From positions 10,664,001 through 10,728,000 of the forward strand of contig NC_092674.1 in the NCBI RefSeq assembly GCF_964355755.1: a DNA stretch of 64,000 bases, in the 5' to 3' direction. Origin of the DNA: Antedon mediterranea. Lineage: Eukaryota > Animalia > Echinodermata. A program made the position numbers and the translations under genes. A model generated the notes under the pieces. It was not told where the DNA came from, searched no databases, and saw only the letters and a program-made list of their open reading frames with translations. Shown here one piece after another: positions 24,901 through 38,439 of the stretch (positions are counted from its first letter, which is position 1; every line of letters starts with the position of its first letter).

Positions 24901-27900
24901 TAAATTACAGATTATCGTTTTGTTCAAATACATTTAATTTTACATGACAATATATTAAAACCATTTATGAATTTATTTCATTAACAACATTTTTCCGATA
25001 ACCAACTAAATTTAAAAATATTGTGTTTTTCCAACACCCTAAAATTTAGCAATTTTGAACTAAATTAGAAAAGTAGGGCGCCCTCTCCGAGTCGAAATTT
25101 GACACGATTTGTCGACTGGCTGTCCCACTGTTTTTTAATGGTGAAATTTAAAATTATAAAAAAAAAAATGAAAAAGTATGTTAAAAACGGTGTGTACTGT
25201 TTCCTTTCTTTTACACTAATTTTCGGTAAGTATAATTATTAGAATATTTTAATATACTTTATATTTATAATTTCAATCATAAATACTATTATATATAACT
25301 TTTGAATACGTAAAACAAGATTTTAGGCCCGTATGATTATGACACCAAATCTAAGCCGGGCTGCTAAGTAAGATATGCTCTTTTAAGGCAAACGCACAAT
25401 ATGGGTCAAAATAAACTCATTTAAAATAATCAATGTTAATTAAAACAATTAATTGTTTACCTGAATAGTATATATAACATTATAAAAATTGTTTTCTTTT
25501 CGTATTATTACGTTATTAAATTGAAATACGGAGCTAAAGTTTAGGCCAAGTCACGGCTTACTCGCGATCAGTAGTCGCTCCCGTTTAAAGTATTTCGGTC
25601 GCAGTTAATGACTTTCGACCGCCGTATACAGAGTCAAATGTAACGTTGGTAAATTAGCTTAATAAATGTCTTCGGTACATTTTAACCTAACGCATTTGCA
25701 TTGTATACTTGCATAATAAATCTTCCGCACATTACATCAATTTTAAGTTGTTAAATTAATGTGTAAAACCAGATATTCTACGACGGAAAAGGACATGTCA
25801 ATCTCCGACATCGCTGCTGTCACACATCTCGCGTCGAGCCGGTCGAACTCGAGCGAGGAAAACTAAACAACGTGTTCAAAATATGGAACGTACCATTCGC
25901 TGATAGGGTGCATTAATGTATTTAACGGAAAACGCCACAACAAACACGCGCGTATTTTAGAGTACAATATTTTACTCACTACAATATTCACCGGATTATA
26001 ATGGTTGGATCTTTAAAATTTTGAACGGGATTTACGCCTCATGCACCATTTTAAAATGTAGTTCGCACAATTACCATGCACAATACGTTTGTAAACTATG
26101 TTTTATCGATTTCAATGTAGATTTAGCTATAATTTAATACCAAAATCCATAATATTTTTCCATAAACGGTGAATCAAAATTGGATTTTTGTCACAAAAAT
26201 TGACTTTTCGTTACGAAAAACCTATTTATAGAAGACGATTTTCGTATCAAATTAAAGCTTATTTAAAGCCTGATAACACACAACAAAAATTAATCCGCTA
26301 GCTCCAATGGTAATCGTGCGATCGTGTTTTGAAAACTGATGGGGATTTTCCGATGAGGTTTTCAACGCGCGGAAATCGGCTCGACTGGATTTTAGAACCG
26401 TTTTAAAATCGCATTTTCTCGGCAACTAATTCATTAATTTTAATTATAAACACACTTATACATAGATTAAAACAAGTACTTTCAAACAATATAAATTTTG
26501 TAAGTATTAATTAAGATTGAATACGATTTATTTAACATCAAAGTCATACTACTTTTTCGAATTTCGTCAATATTTCAAAAGTGATACCCCTCTGTGCGCT
26601 TTCATTGGGATACCTAATTCTATTTAATAAATGAAGAAACAGTGATTTATAATCTATCATTTAAGTTAGACATTTTGTGTACGTAAGATAGCCTGAGAAA
26701 TGCTCTATTATTTGGTTAAGTCGTTAGTTTGTGTGTATGGGCCGAAGAGCCTAATCATCAGATGTTTTTATAGACTCTCTTCTCCCAGACATGGTTTGGG
26801 GTGTGTACCAAGTCCGAGTTTACAAATTCCTTTTTTTCAGCCTTCGTAATTAGTAGCTTACGCGTTGATACTGTTTGTAATGATTCCATCTTTTGGACTA
26901 TACTGCCTAAAGGCGCGGTGGCGTAAAAGATAATTCAGTAAAATGGTTTCTCTGATGTTTCCTATTTTGGAATTGGCTATAGAAACAACAAGATTAGTAT
27001 ATCAATAAAAGCAAATAGAAAAATGCCGTTACACTGTTGATAAATTTTAAGATTTTCCTGTAGTCAACTTCTTCAGATCATAGGATTATTAATATCTGTC
27101 AAGTATTAACAAAGGTCATTGAGACAGGAAATCATTACAATATCCCGAATGCTCTACCAAATTCCCATACCTCTTGCCCATTCTAAATGCACTCATTATG
27201 TCATGCCTCAGTATTTACAGCAAAAAGAATTCTAAAATATATTTTTATTTACTGTAATAATTAGCTCATGACTCCTAGCCTTTGGGTCAAGTTGTTAGAA
27301 TTTAGAATTTCATTTTCATTTCATTTATTTGTTCGACATCATGTCCTGGGACCCCCAAAGCAATAGAGTTACACACCATAACATGAAATGTCTGGGCCCC
27401 CATTCATTTGATTTTAGTGATATTTAGGCCTACCGTATGTACAATAAATACTGTTTGTAAAAGCTCACCTCACAGTGTTGTTTCAATGTACTGTACAGTA
27501 AAGTAAGTGTAATAAAGACAATTCCTAAAGTAAGATTATAAAATGCAACAAAGTTTGACCAAGACATTTAAACAGAAACCAAAAGCAGAAACTTACAACA
27601 TCACCACTCACCAGAGACAAGTCTGTTGATTGTCATTAAAAATGAATGTATGTATTAATTACATTACATGCAAACCATACTGATCTTTAGTTGGAAGGAA
27701 TAGATAATTAGTTAGAGCTTTCTTTAGCTGGAGGGGTCTTTATAGAGAAATCTGTAGTTGAACAGGGTCTTTGGGTGGTCAAATCTTTAGTTGGAAAGAT
27801 ATTTAATTGAAGAGGTCTTAATTTGGAAAGGTTTTTAGAGGGAGGTCTCTTCTAGATCGATAGATCTTTAGTTGGAGTGGATTGAGGGTCCCTTGGTTAG

Positions 27901-30900
27901 AAGGCCTTGGAAGAGGGTGTATTGGAAAAGCATCATTCAAGAAAATGTGTGGTAAATTTAATAGCAATGTGTAGTGATCTTCATGAAGTCCTATAATACC
28001 TGTGATTATGCTTTAATGATTAGAGAGGTCTTAATTTCTTAAATTAAATGTCTATCAAACACTGTACAATTTTGTTTGTTTTCTACAGGGACCTCAAAAG
28101 GCTAAGAAAAAGAGACAACAAATTGAGGACATAATTGATGTTGGGCTTGGCTATGATGAGAATGATCCATTTGTTGATAATTCAGAATGTGTAAGTGATG
28201 TGATGATTAAATTTGTTGATTTTAATTTCGTATTGTAATATTTAATGTATTTAATACAAAGTATTATTAGAAAGCTCTGCCTACACTATCAAACTAGTTT
28301 GACAAAAAAAAAGTCTGATGTGCCTAAATATGGTAGTGATATGACATCATCGAATCTATATATGAGCACATCACATTTTGTTGTCACATAAAGTTTGATA
28401 GTGTAGACAGAGTTTAGAATGGAAAAGAGAGCCTAAAAGTGCAATGCTTCTTTGAAGTTTCAATAACATAAAGTTATATTTAATAATTGCTCAATACAAA
28501 ACATATTTGAAACACGCACGAATGTGCGATACTCGGGGTACAGCAAAAGAAGCTGTAATGACGTCATAAGACGGGATGTAACGTCACATACACATCAATA
28601 ACCTCACTACCAAATACGGCTATATTTCGAAGAGTTACGTCACATAACCGGAAATTGCATAATTACATTAAATTGTGAAATCTCAAAGTAATTTTTTTGC
28701 TATTTCTTGGAGCAAAAGTGACGTCACAATATCATAAATAGGTTTTACTGTATATATTCTTATTCTCCAAGTCAAACCTTTAAAATGACACCAAACACGG
28801 CTATACGACGAAAATCGTTTTGCACTAAGGTACCATCTACGAGATGTCATACTGTATGGCTGCATCCGGTTTGAAATTAAAAAATCCGGCTCTATAGCTT
28901 TGAGGACATGTCCCTGTAGTATAGCAATGCCAAATCCCAGCTCAATCAGAGTAAAAATAGCTTATACTTGAGTCAAATATGTTATGTTATTGGGCCTTTT
29001 TAGCTCGCGATCAGTTAAACATGTGAATGATACTACAATATTATCTACATATGGCAATACAAATAAAAGGTGTTTTAAAAGACTAACTACTTACTAATAC
29101 AGGGATCAAAACTAGGAATGAATGATTTACATAATTAGCAATTTGCTACTATTTATTTGTTTGCAGTATGATGAACTGGTTCCATCGATGCTGGATACAC
29201 AGCTGGGCGGGTTCTACATTAACTCTGGCCAGCTGAATTTTAAGGAGATTGATGCTTCTTCGACAGACAGTGATTTCCAAGTACACAGGAAACGTAAAAA
29301 GAACAAGAATGGCAAGGTAACATTCAATCGGCAGTGGTTTACTTGATTGCTATACAAGTTTTTGGGAACCCTCATGAATTATTCATATTCCTGTTTAAAT
29401 GTTCTCAACATGTATGAATACCCTACCATGTCAATATCTCATCACTAGTGCAAAAAAACAAAATATTTTAGAACCACTATTAAGGAGAAACCTTCCAACA
29501 AAGTGTCTCCTGACCCAAATGAACAACCCCCCCCCCCCCCAGCCCTAAAAAGGGCCACAAGAAGTGGAAGCATATAGGAACATAATATGATGATGATCAG
29601 CATAATTTTCCCTCTTTAATAAATAGGTCCTGACCTAGTGCCAGGGTTGTACAGTAAACTCATGATTCTTTTAACTCTATTTCCTCAGCCTCAAATGAAA
29701 ATAAGTCTATAAGCATGGTAAATTAGTAGTTTATCCATCCCAAAGTTATTTTAATAATAGAGTTCATAAAAAAATTTGAAATAAAACAAATTACTGAATG
29801 TCATTGAAATATTGTTTTCTTTTTTGATTATAGAAGAAACGTTCAAATTCTTCAGAAAGTCATCATAAGAGAGAGAAAAAGAAACACAAAGTATCATCCT
29901 TGACTGACAAACCAAAGAAGAGAGGCAGGAAACATAGCGGGTAAGAGGATAGCTGTTGACCGTACTATTCAATGAGACAAATTGAATAGAACAGTCCGGT
30001 TTTAAAGTAATACAAAATATTTATGTTTGTATGATGTAGTATGTTTAAGCGGATATTAGCCCTTGATGGCATTTGCAGCAATAAAGAAATTGAATTGAAT
30101 TGAATTGAAATTTGATTAATAACATACCTACTTGTATTCTAGAGTAAACTTAGATTCACTTTATTGGTTGCATTTTGAATCAAATGTTAAATGCTATGCC
30201 ATGCAAATATTTGCATTCGTTTGGCTGCAGGGTAGAGCAGTTATAGAAGGCGCACACTACACGTCGGATTTCATTCATTGCATTATTCGCCTGCCTACTG
30301 TGCTAAACAATTTTGAAATATTTACAAAATGCTGGTTGTGATAGTTCCTTCAAGCATTGAAAAAGGAAAAAACAAGGCCATATACTTGGCTGCAGTTTCG
30401 TCTTCAAATTTGAGTTAGTGTTTACCAACCGACCGAACATCCACCCAACCAATTGACATAGTGTGCTGTAGAGTTGCGTTGCACGCAACTAATAATGCAC
30501 TGTACAAAAATCAACTAATAAAATAAACTTATAATGAAATAAAAATGTTTGTTTTAAACAAACTAACACTACAAAAATAAATAACTATTTGGTTGGTTTT
30601 CATTATTCATTAAAGGTAACGGTAAATATTATATTTGTCCTCAAGCTTAACTGGAAACTGAGGAGATTCGGATTAGGCCCTCTACGCACCCACGGCAGCC
30701 AGCAGCGCCTACCAGATCAGCACACCAGGAGACGATCCCCTACTCTTTTCGAATAGTGTACCAAGTTCATTAACATGCACTGTTAAGTACACTGGACCAA
30801 CGGCTTTACATCCCATCCAAAGGACGAGGCAATGAGAGATAAAGCATCTTGCCTAAGGATGCAATTAGTATGGTACAGATAACCTCGAACCCATGCCTAT

Positions 30901-33900
30901 CACATGCTACTCCGATATTACCATTACACCATTACTCTCCAGTATATACAGCACCCGCTGTGATTTCTTGACGGTCTCCCATCCAGAACGCAACCTAGCC
31001 CAACGTTGCTTAACTTCGGTGATCTGACGAGAACCGGTGTTTTAACGCAGTATGGCCGTTAGTTTAATTATATGCTTGATGCAAAGTAATTATATACAAT
31101 TTTTAAATACTTTTTAGACATGAGAAGAAGAGAAAGAAAGAAAAGTCTAACCCGACAATTGCCGAGCTTTTACAGCGTAAAGCTCAAGAAAATGTCGGAG
31201 GAGAAGGGACGGATAAGAAACCGAAGATGATGTCAAATCCACCAGTAAAGAATGGTAACATCATGCCTAGCCTAGAAGACCTAATGGGAAGCTTCAACCT
31301 ACCGCTTGACAGCGAGATGGAACAAGCGATGCGCGACGTTATGGTGGATTGTGAGACATTAGGAACGAATAGCGATATTGAGATGAATATCTCGGCCAAT
31401 GAAGGTGATGCTAATACAGGATATACAAAGTGTCCGGATGGTTTACAAGAACCACTCAAAGTAAACATTATGAAGATTAAAGAGGTACTGTGTCATTGCC
31501 AAACTATGATGTTTATTTCATTCATTTATTTTTACTGATAGCGAAGCGAAACTTTTTAGTATAATAGTTTAATATATTATTATGGTATGTTCAGCCCATC
31601 ATTTTTAAGGTGACCTCTAAGGAGAGCAACTAATCATGTTCCTTAAATCATTGTGGCAAATCACCAAAAAGGGATTTCCTTGCCTGTTTTTTTAATTTAC
31701 TTCCATTACCTCACAGTGCATCCAATGCGGAGTCAGAAAAACGCCTCCTCACAGCTAGAGCAAGCCAGAACAAAAATGTGTTGGGATTGTCGTCATCAAT
31801 TCTCCAGAAATACACGGAGGGAAATTTTAGTGTTCTCCTGCCTTTTCATTGCATGATTGACTGGTATATTAATTGATGTAATTTTTATTTATAGGCTGCA
31901 AGGAAATCGGAAGAAGGGAAGTGCAAATTCTTTACAAATGAAGTCAACAACCTTCTACTAGAGTAAGTATTTATTCTTACTAGTCACATTAAATTTTTTA
32001 CTGATTTGGCTAAACATTTTTCTCAACCACCAAAATTTGATTCTGATAAAAGTTGAAGATAACTTCATTTAAAAAGTACTAATATATGAGAGCTGTATAT
32101 TTGTGAGTTTGTGTGATAGAATCATAAATATTAAAAAAAAAAGACATGGAAAATGAAGATTAATAAAATCAAACTTTAGATAGGTTAAATGGTTAAATTC
32201 AACCAAAAACCCATTGGCTGGCAACCAATTTTTTGCTTTAAATTACGGTTTTTACAGGTAATTGGTTCTTTTATTAAATTTTTGGTCAAAGTGAATAAAT
32301 ATGATGTGACATTAAAATGGCATATTCAACAACAAAAATGTTAAATAATTTTTTCAGGGAACACCTCTTTTTAGTGGACACTTCCTTGTCAAACAAAAAA
32401 TGGGAAAATATATGATATAAGAATACAGCCAATCAAGGTGTTGTCCACTGTATGTTCATTGTAATTTACAAGACATGACAACACTTTCAATCATAGTCTC
32501 ATTAACTTGTTCTGATTGATTTTTAGTATTGAAACCCAAACCCGTGAGTTATCTTGTGGAACGAGGTCATCTGTTTACAGTCATCTATCGCATCATTTAC
32601 CTTGTGGCAAAGAGACGTTGTTAAAAAGAGCGAAGAAGTTAAGACTGGGTGAGCAAGACAGTAAATTAAAGGAGCCTTTACAGAAGCTGAAGGAAGGTTT
32701 GTAAAGCCCAATAGTATTGTACTAGAAAATGGTTAGTTTAATAGCTTGGTCTCTAAACCACCTAGTTCGGCTGATGGCTAGGGATAGATTCGAGCTGCGG
32801 GTTTAATACCAACAGGATAATACTAACTACTGCGAAGTAGTTTTACATCGGAGAGAATCAGTAAACCTCTCATAATAGCTTACCCACTTAATTGTTCAGA
32901 TGTTTTGCTCTGCTCAGATGTAGATTGTACTTTATACTAAGTATGCCTACATTTATGAACAGTTATGAATACTCTCTGCTTTCACTTCAACCTACAACCT
33001 CCACATCAGCATTCGTACCTCTAAATATAAAAATGCAGGTGGGTTATTTTGTTAGCTGGTTGGTGAGATTAGCCAAACAAAATCTGTTCACTGACGGTGA
33101 TCTACATAACTCAAGCATAAAATATTGTACTGCATCTAATTTCAATATTCATTAATTCAATGAAAAAACAAATATGACATATTTTTATATAAATATAATG
33201 AAATATTATGAACAAATTAATTAATCATTTTTTTCAGCTGTTGGTCGTGCCATGCCGAGCCAGTTAGAACGCTACCAACAGGAATGCCAAGCTGCAGCTC
33301 AGGCGAAATATAATAAGTATGTTCGTTGTTTAGAACAGCTGATTGAACACGATATTTTACTTTTAAAATGTTGTGTCTTAAGGCACATTTGGCTAAGGAT
33401 TACCTTTAGTAAATTAATCACTCTCCTATCAGGTAGGTGGTAATCTATTTTGTGAACCAGTTCACCGGGGGTAACCGTCTACTTTTTGTAAAGTGAACAC
33501 GGACAAACTGTGTAAGTCCTTATACAAGAAGACTTGTTCTACCACCAGAACTTAACTGAGTCGGCCTCAAACTAATACCAATATTATAGGCTCTTTAGGT
33601 ACGGTATTTGTCTACTCGCAGTTACATTAGGCCTAGAGATTGACCGGCCAAGGCCTATTAGCCAGTTCTAGCCTATGATGTAAAGAAATACATGTTTTTT
33701 TGTATGATGGCAGAATGATGGATGGAAAAGACAAACCAGAAGAAGCGAAATCAGAAGATGACGACGATGGTGGAGACAAGAATAAAAAAAGTTTAGCTCC
33801 TAGGAAGAAGTTTGTATGGACTGACCACCTCAGGTAATATATCGCATGTTAATTCAAAGTAGTGCAAATTGTCTTGAGTGTCACAATTTATAATAGATTC

Positions 33901-36900
33901 TGTAACGTATTGCATCAAATTTAGGTCTAATTTGGCTTTTTGATGCGCTATTGGTAGAATTGACCAAAATTATAAGCTAGGTCTATTTAATAGCACTTTT
34001 CACTGCTTGTTTTAAAAGGGATTTTTAGGAAAATGAGAAGGTTCGGGGTGACGGTGTTAGTTCAAACCACCACAAATCCCAGCTACGTACGGATTGTAAA
34101 AAATGTTAATGTTTTGAGAATTTTTCTTTGAAGTTAAACCAAGTAAAATTAGGTGGAACTTACTGGTGTTTCACAACTTCTCCGTTCACATTACTCAATT
34201 TTAATGATTCTGATTTTCGTGGGCTTGATTTTGATTGCAGAACACTACTATGTGAGTTGGTTTTGTTGAAAGTGAAGGCGTATGGGATGTTAAAAAGCAG
34301 GTCACAGTCAGCTGAAGACTATCTCAAGGCATTCCTAGAAGCTGAAGTTAAAGCATTCTGGCCAAATGGCTGGATACAGACAAGGTAAGAATCAACTCCC
34401 CAAGTTAAGAATACAAATAATATAATATAAATCTGGCTGGGTACAAACATTTAAATGTCCCTAAATCTTGTGTTACAGTAGTCGTAGTTATAGCTTGGTG
34501 TGGTTGATATTGGAACTCCTGGGTTCAAATCCTGTCAGATGTCAGGATTTTTTCTTAAGCAACTAAACTCCCAAAGACTTGTTTCATATTCTGTTTGTTC
34601 TGTGAAGTGGATCACACGAGGACAGTGTTTTTCACTCTTGGATACTTGGCTGCTGTGTGGCTAAAAACAACAGAAAAATTACTTCTTTTTTTTACATGAA
34701 TGGTTTTTTCTAGATAATAAAAAGAACCTGACATGTACTATTTGTTAATTTACATCATAACATGGGTTGAAGGATGTAGCCAATCAGACGCGCTGAAATG
34801 AGTCATGTGTGTGCTTTTTATTTTTTCGCTATCATGCACTGGAGTGCAAAAAGTGTGCAGCAATAAAGCATAACAGCACTCTGCGTTAAATCGTACAATA
34901 CCGATCACGCTAGGCTCACTGCACGATTTTCCAGTTCCAACACCGCGTCCCCATTTAAAACAAAACAAACACACCAATGTTTATCTTGTCAATTCTACAC
35001 AACTGTTTTGCTAGACCTACAGTAGGTTAGACCTATGCTAGGTGGTGATTTGGTCGCCGAGCAGTGGTGCTTGCCATAGTAGGCCTACCTTCTTTCTAGG
35101 CTAGACCTAGGTGTTTTCACTCAAAAAGGTACAAGTGAAAATAGTTTATAGACCCATGCTATAAAACAAATAATGCACAAGTTAATGGAGATGCGGCGCA
35201 CTCTTGGGTATTCATGCACTCTCCGGTAACTCTCGGCTGCTCCTCGTGTATATTGCAACATTGTAAATACCCTTGAGTGTACCGCATCTCCACTAACGCA
35301 CTCTGTTTATTATTATCATTATTTGTATATGATTCAGGTTTACCATTATGCTAATTATATTTGTAGAACTCTGTTTAAGGAATCAAGAAGTGTTCACCAA
35401 CATTTGACGTCAACAAATCCAGTAAAACCAAAGAAGCCGCTCCCATTACCTAAAAAAGTACAGCTAACCAATAAGAAACCAGCGTCACCAGTACTGGCTG
35501 AAATGTCTGCCTCTATTTCAGCACCATCCAACTCTGTTAGCGCAGGAGCGAGCTATGCCAGTAGCATCCTCAAGGAAATGGCAAACACAAAAGGAACAAA
35601 TAATGCCCAAAAAGATGTACCAACACTCCTGGATTATGCAAATGAGAATAATTCCCTAAATAAGTACCCAGTTTATTCTTCCAAAACCACAGGAAACGCG
35701 ATTGCTGCAAGTCCATTGATAAAAACAACTGGAACTGTTCTTAAAACCTCTCCTGAATCAGGAAGCCATGGCAATCAACAAAATGTTATCAAACCAGTTC
35801 AAACCAAAGATTCTTCTAGTCACCAGTCGTATAATATTAATTTAAGCAAAACTGTGAACAAAAATTTTAATGATTCTTTTATAAACAATTTGATAGCAAG
35901 GACATTAAAAGAAAAAACAGATGCTAAAACGGTTGCGAGTAAAGATACGCCTGCTGGTTTTTCTGATTTGAAATTACCCGATATGTCAGCTGCATTTGAG
36001 TTGTTAGCCGGAGCTGCAAGGCAACAAACTTCAGGAAGTTCAGGGTTCAATCAGGTTAAAATATCGAACAAGGACAAACACATGCACAAGACCACTACTC
36101 CAGTTAAGGCTGCAATAGACAAAAATAACGTACAAGCAAGTGTACAATTAACTACAAATAAAATTCTTGCAGCTCAACAGAGCGGTCTACCGAAAGGCTA
36201 TGGCAAATCGTTGGGTATACCACACAATGCAGGCACATCACAAAAACCAACTGCAGCACAATCAAATAGTACGGCGCCTAAATGGTCAGGAAACTCCTAT
36301 CTTAAAATTGTAGACAAAACAAAACCACTGACAACTCAACAATTTACGGACAATTCACAACGCAAAAACATGTTTCACGCAATACAGGAAGGGAAATCTA
36401 CTTCAAAAAACAAAGAAACATTAGTAACTGGTATACCGCCCTCAAACGATGTTAGTACTACTTCTGGAGTGATAAATAATACAAATAAACGATTCCTATC
36501 ACCTCAGCATGTTTCACCGAAACGAACAGGTCAAGCGTCTTACATGCAATCTCCACGCAGTAACAACGTGGTTCCTCAAAGGACATCACCGTCTACACCG
36601 AAGCAGCAAGTTAAACCGCCAAAGCGCACGAGTCCAGCACCTTATAGTAATCAATCTCCGGTTGGGTCACCATCTATAAATCATTCACCAATGTCGCCAA
36701 TAGCGTCACCGAGCAGTCCCTCAATCATGCCTTCAAGGTCACTTTTCCACCCGACAAGTCCGCAACGTCAACAGGCAGCCGCAGCGGCATCCATGAACTT
36801 GCTTTACGGTAATAATTACTCAATGCAACAACAATTAACAGGATTTCAAATGCAGTTTGCAGACATGGCTATGAAACATTCTGGAAATTTTGCAGTACCC

Positions 36901-37943
36901 GTAGGTCAGGGGTCACCAGGTCATGGGTTACCACCTCAAACATCATCCAATCAGACATCACCAGAAGCAGTAATTACTGGCCCAGCTCCAGGAACTTATT
37001 TTTACACACAACAAGGTGGTGCAAGTAAGTATACTAATTTCTTTATATAATATTTAATTTTGGAAAAGGGTAAAGTCTATTTTTAACTAATTTTTTCAGA
37101 TTTCCCCTTGGATGTATTGTTGATGAGTGAATTAATTTGACTTTTTTTATGAATGCATGTAGAATAAATTGTAAAAGAACATATTTGCACGTTCAATTTA
37201 TATGTGGTATAAATTCTGATTGCAGCGGTGGTTTTGCTGTAAATATGTGATCTCGAAACTAAACTTTAAGAAAAAAAATATTTCCAAAGCATAGAAAGTA
37301 CTGTTGGCCACGGAAGTTATAAAACCTAATCCCTAAATTAAACTGTCAACCTAATTCAAAAATGATGGATTCCCACTAATCCAGAATTTTTAATATTTGA
37401 AGTTTTAAGTTTATTGAATTAACCATCATTGTACCAGCCACAAATAAAAGACATGTCTAAGAAAAAAAAAACAATTCTATATATGAAAAAAATAGTATCT
37501 ATTGCCATGACTATTGGCCAACTCGTTGCATTTTGATATTTGTTAGTATAATTAGTGGGCAAATACAGTACATTATTTTAAACCGTCAACAACTTAAAAT
37601 TCTATCCAATCACTTGTCCTCCTTTTTAGTAATGAAAAATCTGTTGATTTATGCTGTAGGTGTAATGATATTAGATTCAATATTCAAAATTTCTATAAGG
37701 TGTTCAAAAATCAGCCAGCAGATTAGCTATATCTTTTAAATGAATGTTGTAAGTTTGCAAATTTGAAAAATGCGCATTTAAGGTGTGGAGTTATTTGAAA
37801 AATGAATGTATGCTCGCAGGTGTATTGATGTTAAACTTTTGTGCGTGAAATGATATTCACAGGTGCAGTATTTAACAATATGCATGGCAACGCTCAACAA
37901 CACCTACCTCATGATATCACACCATATCATCAGACTTTTACAG
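18942..37943 (+). CDS. UBN1: Ubinuclein (UBN1/UBN2/yemanuclein family), subunit of the HIRA H3.3 chaperone complex; at least 13 coding exons, terminal exon unresolved
   Basis: Exons 18942-19106, 21734-21829, 28089-28190, 29167-29316, 29834-29940, 31118-31484, 31895-31962, 32527-32696, 33238-33316, 33714-33833, 34241-34384, 35367-37024, 37863-37943; GT-AG and in phase. N-terminal RFTLSL ... CPEFCFSEL and [10 protein letters not shown]; HRD/HUN domain [20 protein letters not shown] ... [12 protein letters not shown]; middle domain [12 protein letters not shown] ... [23 protein letters not shown] ... PRKKFVW ... WPNGWIQTR; long S/T/P/Q-rich tail. Probably co-orthologous to UBN1 and UBN2. Confidence 0.93.
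20452..21623 (+). repeat. Minisatellite (~17-bp unit CTATTAAGGGGACATCC) expanded inside a TA-flanked MITE, ubinuclein intron 1
   Basis: About 1.1 kb of ctattaagg(g/a)gaca(t/c)cc units, followed by an inverted unit and the terminus cttaataggggc ... ttctactgta. Confidence 0.9.
22400..26616. mobile_element. 4.2-kb non-coding TIR DNA transposon in ubinuclein intron 2
   Basis: attctat|taggtatcccaatgaaa ... tttcattgggataccta|attctat: perfect 17-bp TIR and exact 7-bp TSD (or 9 bp with one mismatch). No transposase ORF. Confidence 0.85.
27683..27925 (+). repeat. Degenerate tandem repeat (tctttagttggaagg-like)
   Basis: Recurring atctttagttgga / ggtctt motifs on a purine-biased strand. Confidence 0.5.
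28272..28415. mobile_element. Family-A hairpin MITE copy
   Basis: aagctctgcctacactatcaaact ... aagtttgatagtgtagacagagttt. Confidence 0.85.
28513..28953 (-). mobile_element. Helentron-type non-autonomous element (HINE), copy 1
   Basis: Near-identical to 59194-59540 over long stretches. Terminal mini-hairpin gcacgaatgtgc next to a subTIR actcggggtac; other end gagtaaaaa. Confidence 0.65.
30616..30943 (-). mobile_element. tRNA-derived SINE
   Basis: Minus strand: A box tggtgtaatgg, B box gggttcgagg, central ccttaggcaagatgctttatct ... cattgcctcgtcctttggatgggatgtaaagccgttggtcc, tail ttaccgttacc. Confidence 0.7.
30945..31062 (-). pseudogene. 5S rRNA-derived sequence, near full length and diverged
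   Basis: Reverse complement ctaacggccatactgcgttaaaacaccggttctcgtcagatcaccgaagttaagcaacgttgggctaggttgcgttctggatgggagaccgtcaagaaatcacagcgggtgctgta matches the animal 5S layout (A box agttaagc, C box tggatgggagacc). No oligo-T terminator; single intronic copy. Confidence 0.88.
34480..34675 (+). mobile_element. tRNA-derived SINE, degenerate
   Basis: tagcttggtgtgg (A-box-like) ... gggttcaaatcc (B box), followed by a ~130-bp body. Confidence 0.5.
34712..35316. mobile_element. Non-autonomous element with short TIRs and a subterminal hairpin, possibly Crypton-like
   Basis: ataataaa(a)aga ... tctgtttattat. Hairpin tggagatgcggcgcactc ... gggtatt / aataccc ... gagtgtaccgcatctcca around ctcggctgctcctcgt. 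Confidence 0.45.
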
Positions 37944-38439
37944 GTAAACAAAATGCGCAATATGTCATTGTATTTAACGCTCTTTTTTTTTTTTTTTACT
38001 TGCACCCTTGCATGTTATATGGAGATGGAAATATGTATGTTAAATGCCTGCTATTTTAGTGTACTTGTAGAAACGTCATATTGTATGCATTGTTGAGGTT
38101 TAGTCCATTTCATCTAGTATAAAGACCTTAAGTATTGTTTTCATTTTAAAAGCTTGATTTTATTAACCCCAAACATACTACTGGTACCGGAACATGCTCG
38201 AATCGAGTGTTCATGAAACCAGAACGCTGATAAATTAAAATTGTTTGTTTTAAAGTAGCATGATTTTCCTAGAATTCTCATATAATCCTTTCTTATATTT
38301 TAGTAGTAATTATGTTGCCAACCTGTTGACTTGTTCTGATGTGTTCTGTGACCTTTGATCTGAAATTATCAGACTTCACTGTAGTGGCAAATGTGATTAT
38401 GCACTTTTTCTAAAAACATTCCCTGTCAGTGTCAGTTGC

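Noticed and set aside
30945-31062. Functional 5S rRNA gene
   Set aside because: Diverged 3' half, no oligo-T terminator, not in a tandem array, and fused to a SINE.
8754-36050. Antisense ORFs at 8754-9002, 31184-31468, 32523-32711 and 35820-36050
   Set aside because: Shadows of real plus-strand exons of GCNA and ubinuclein.
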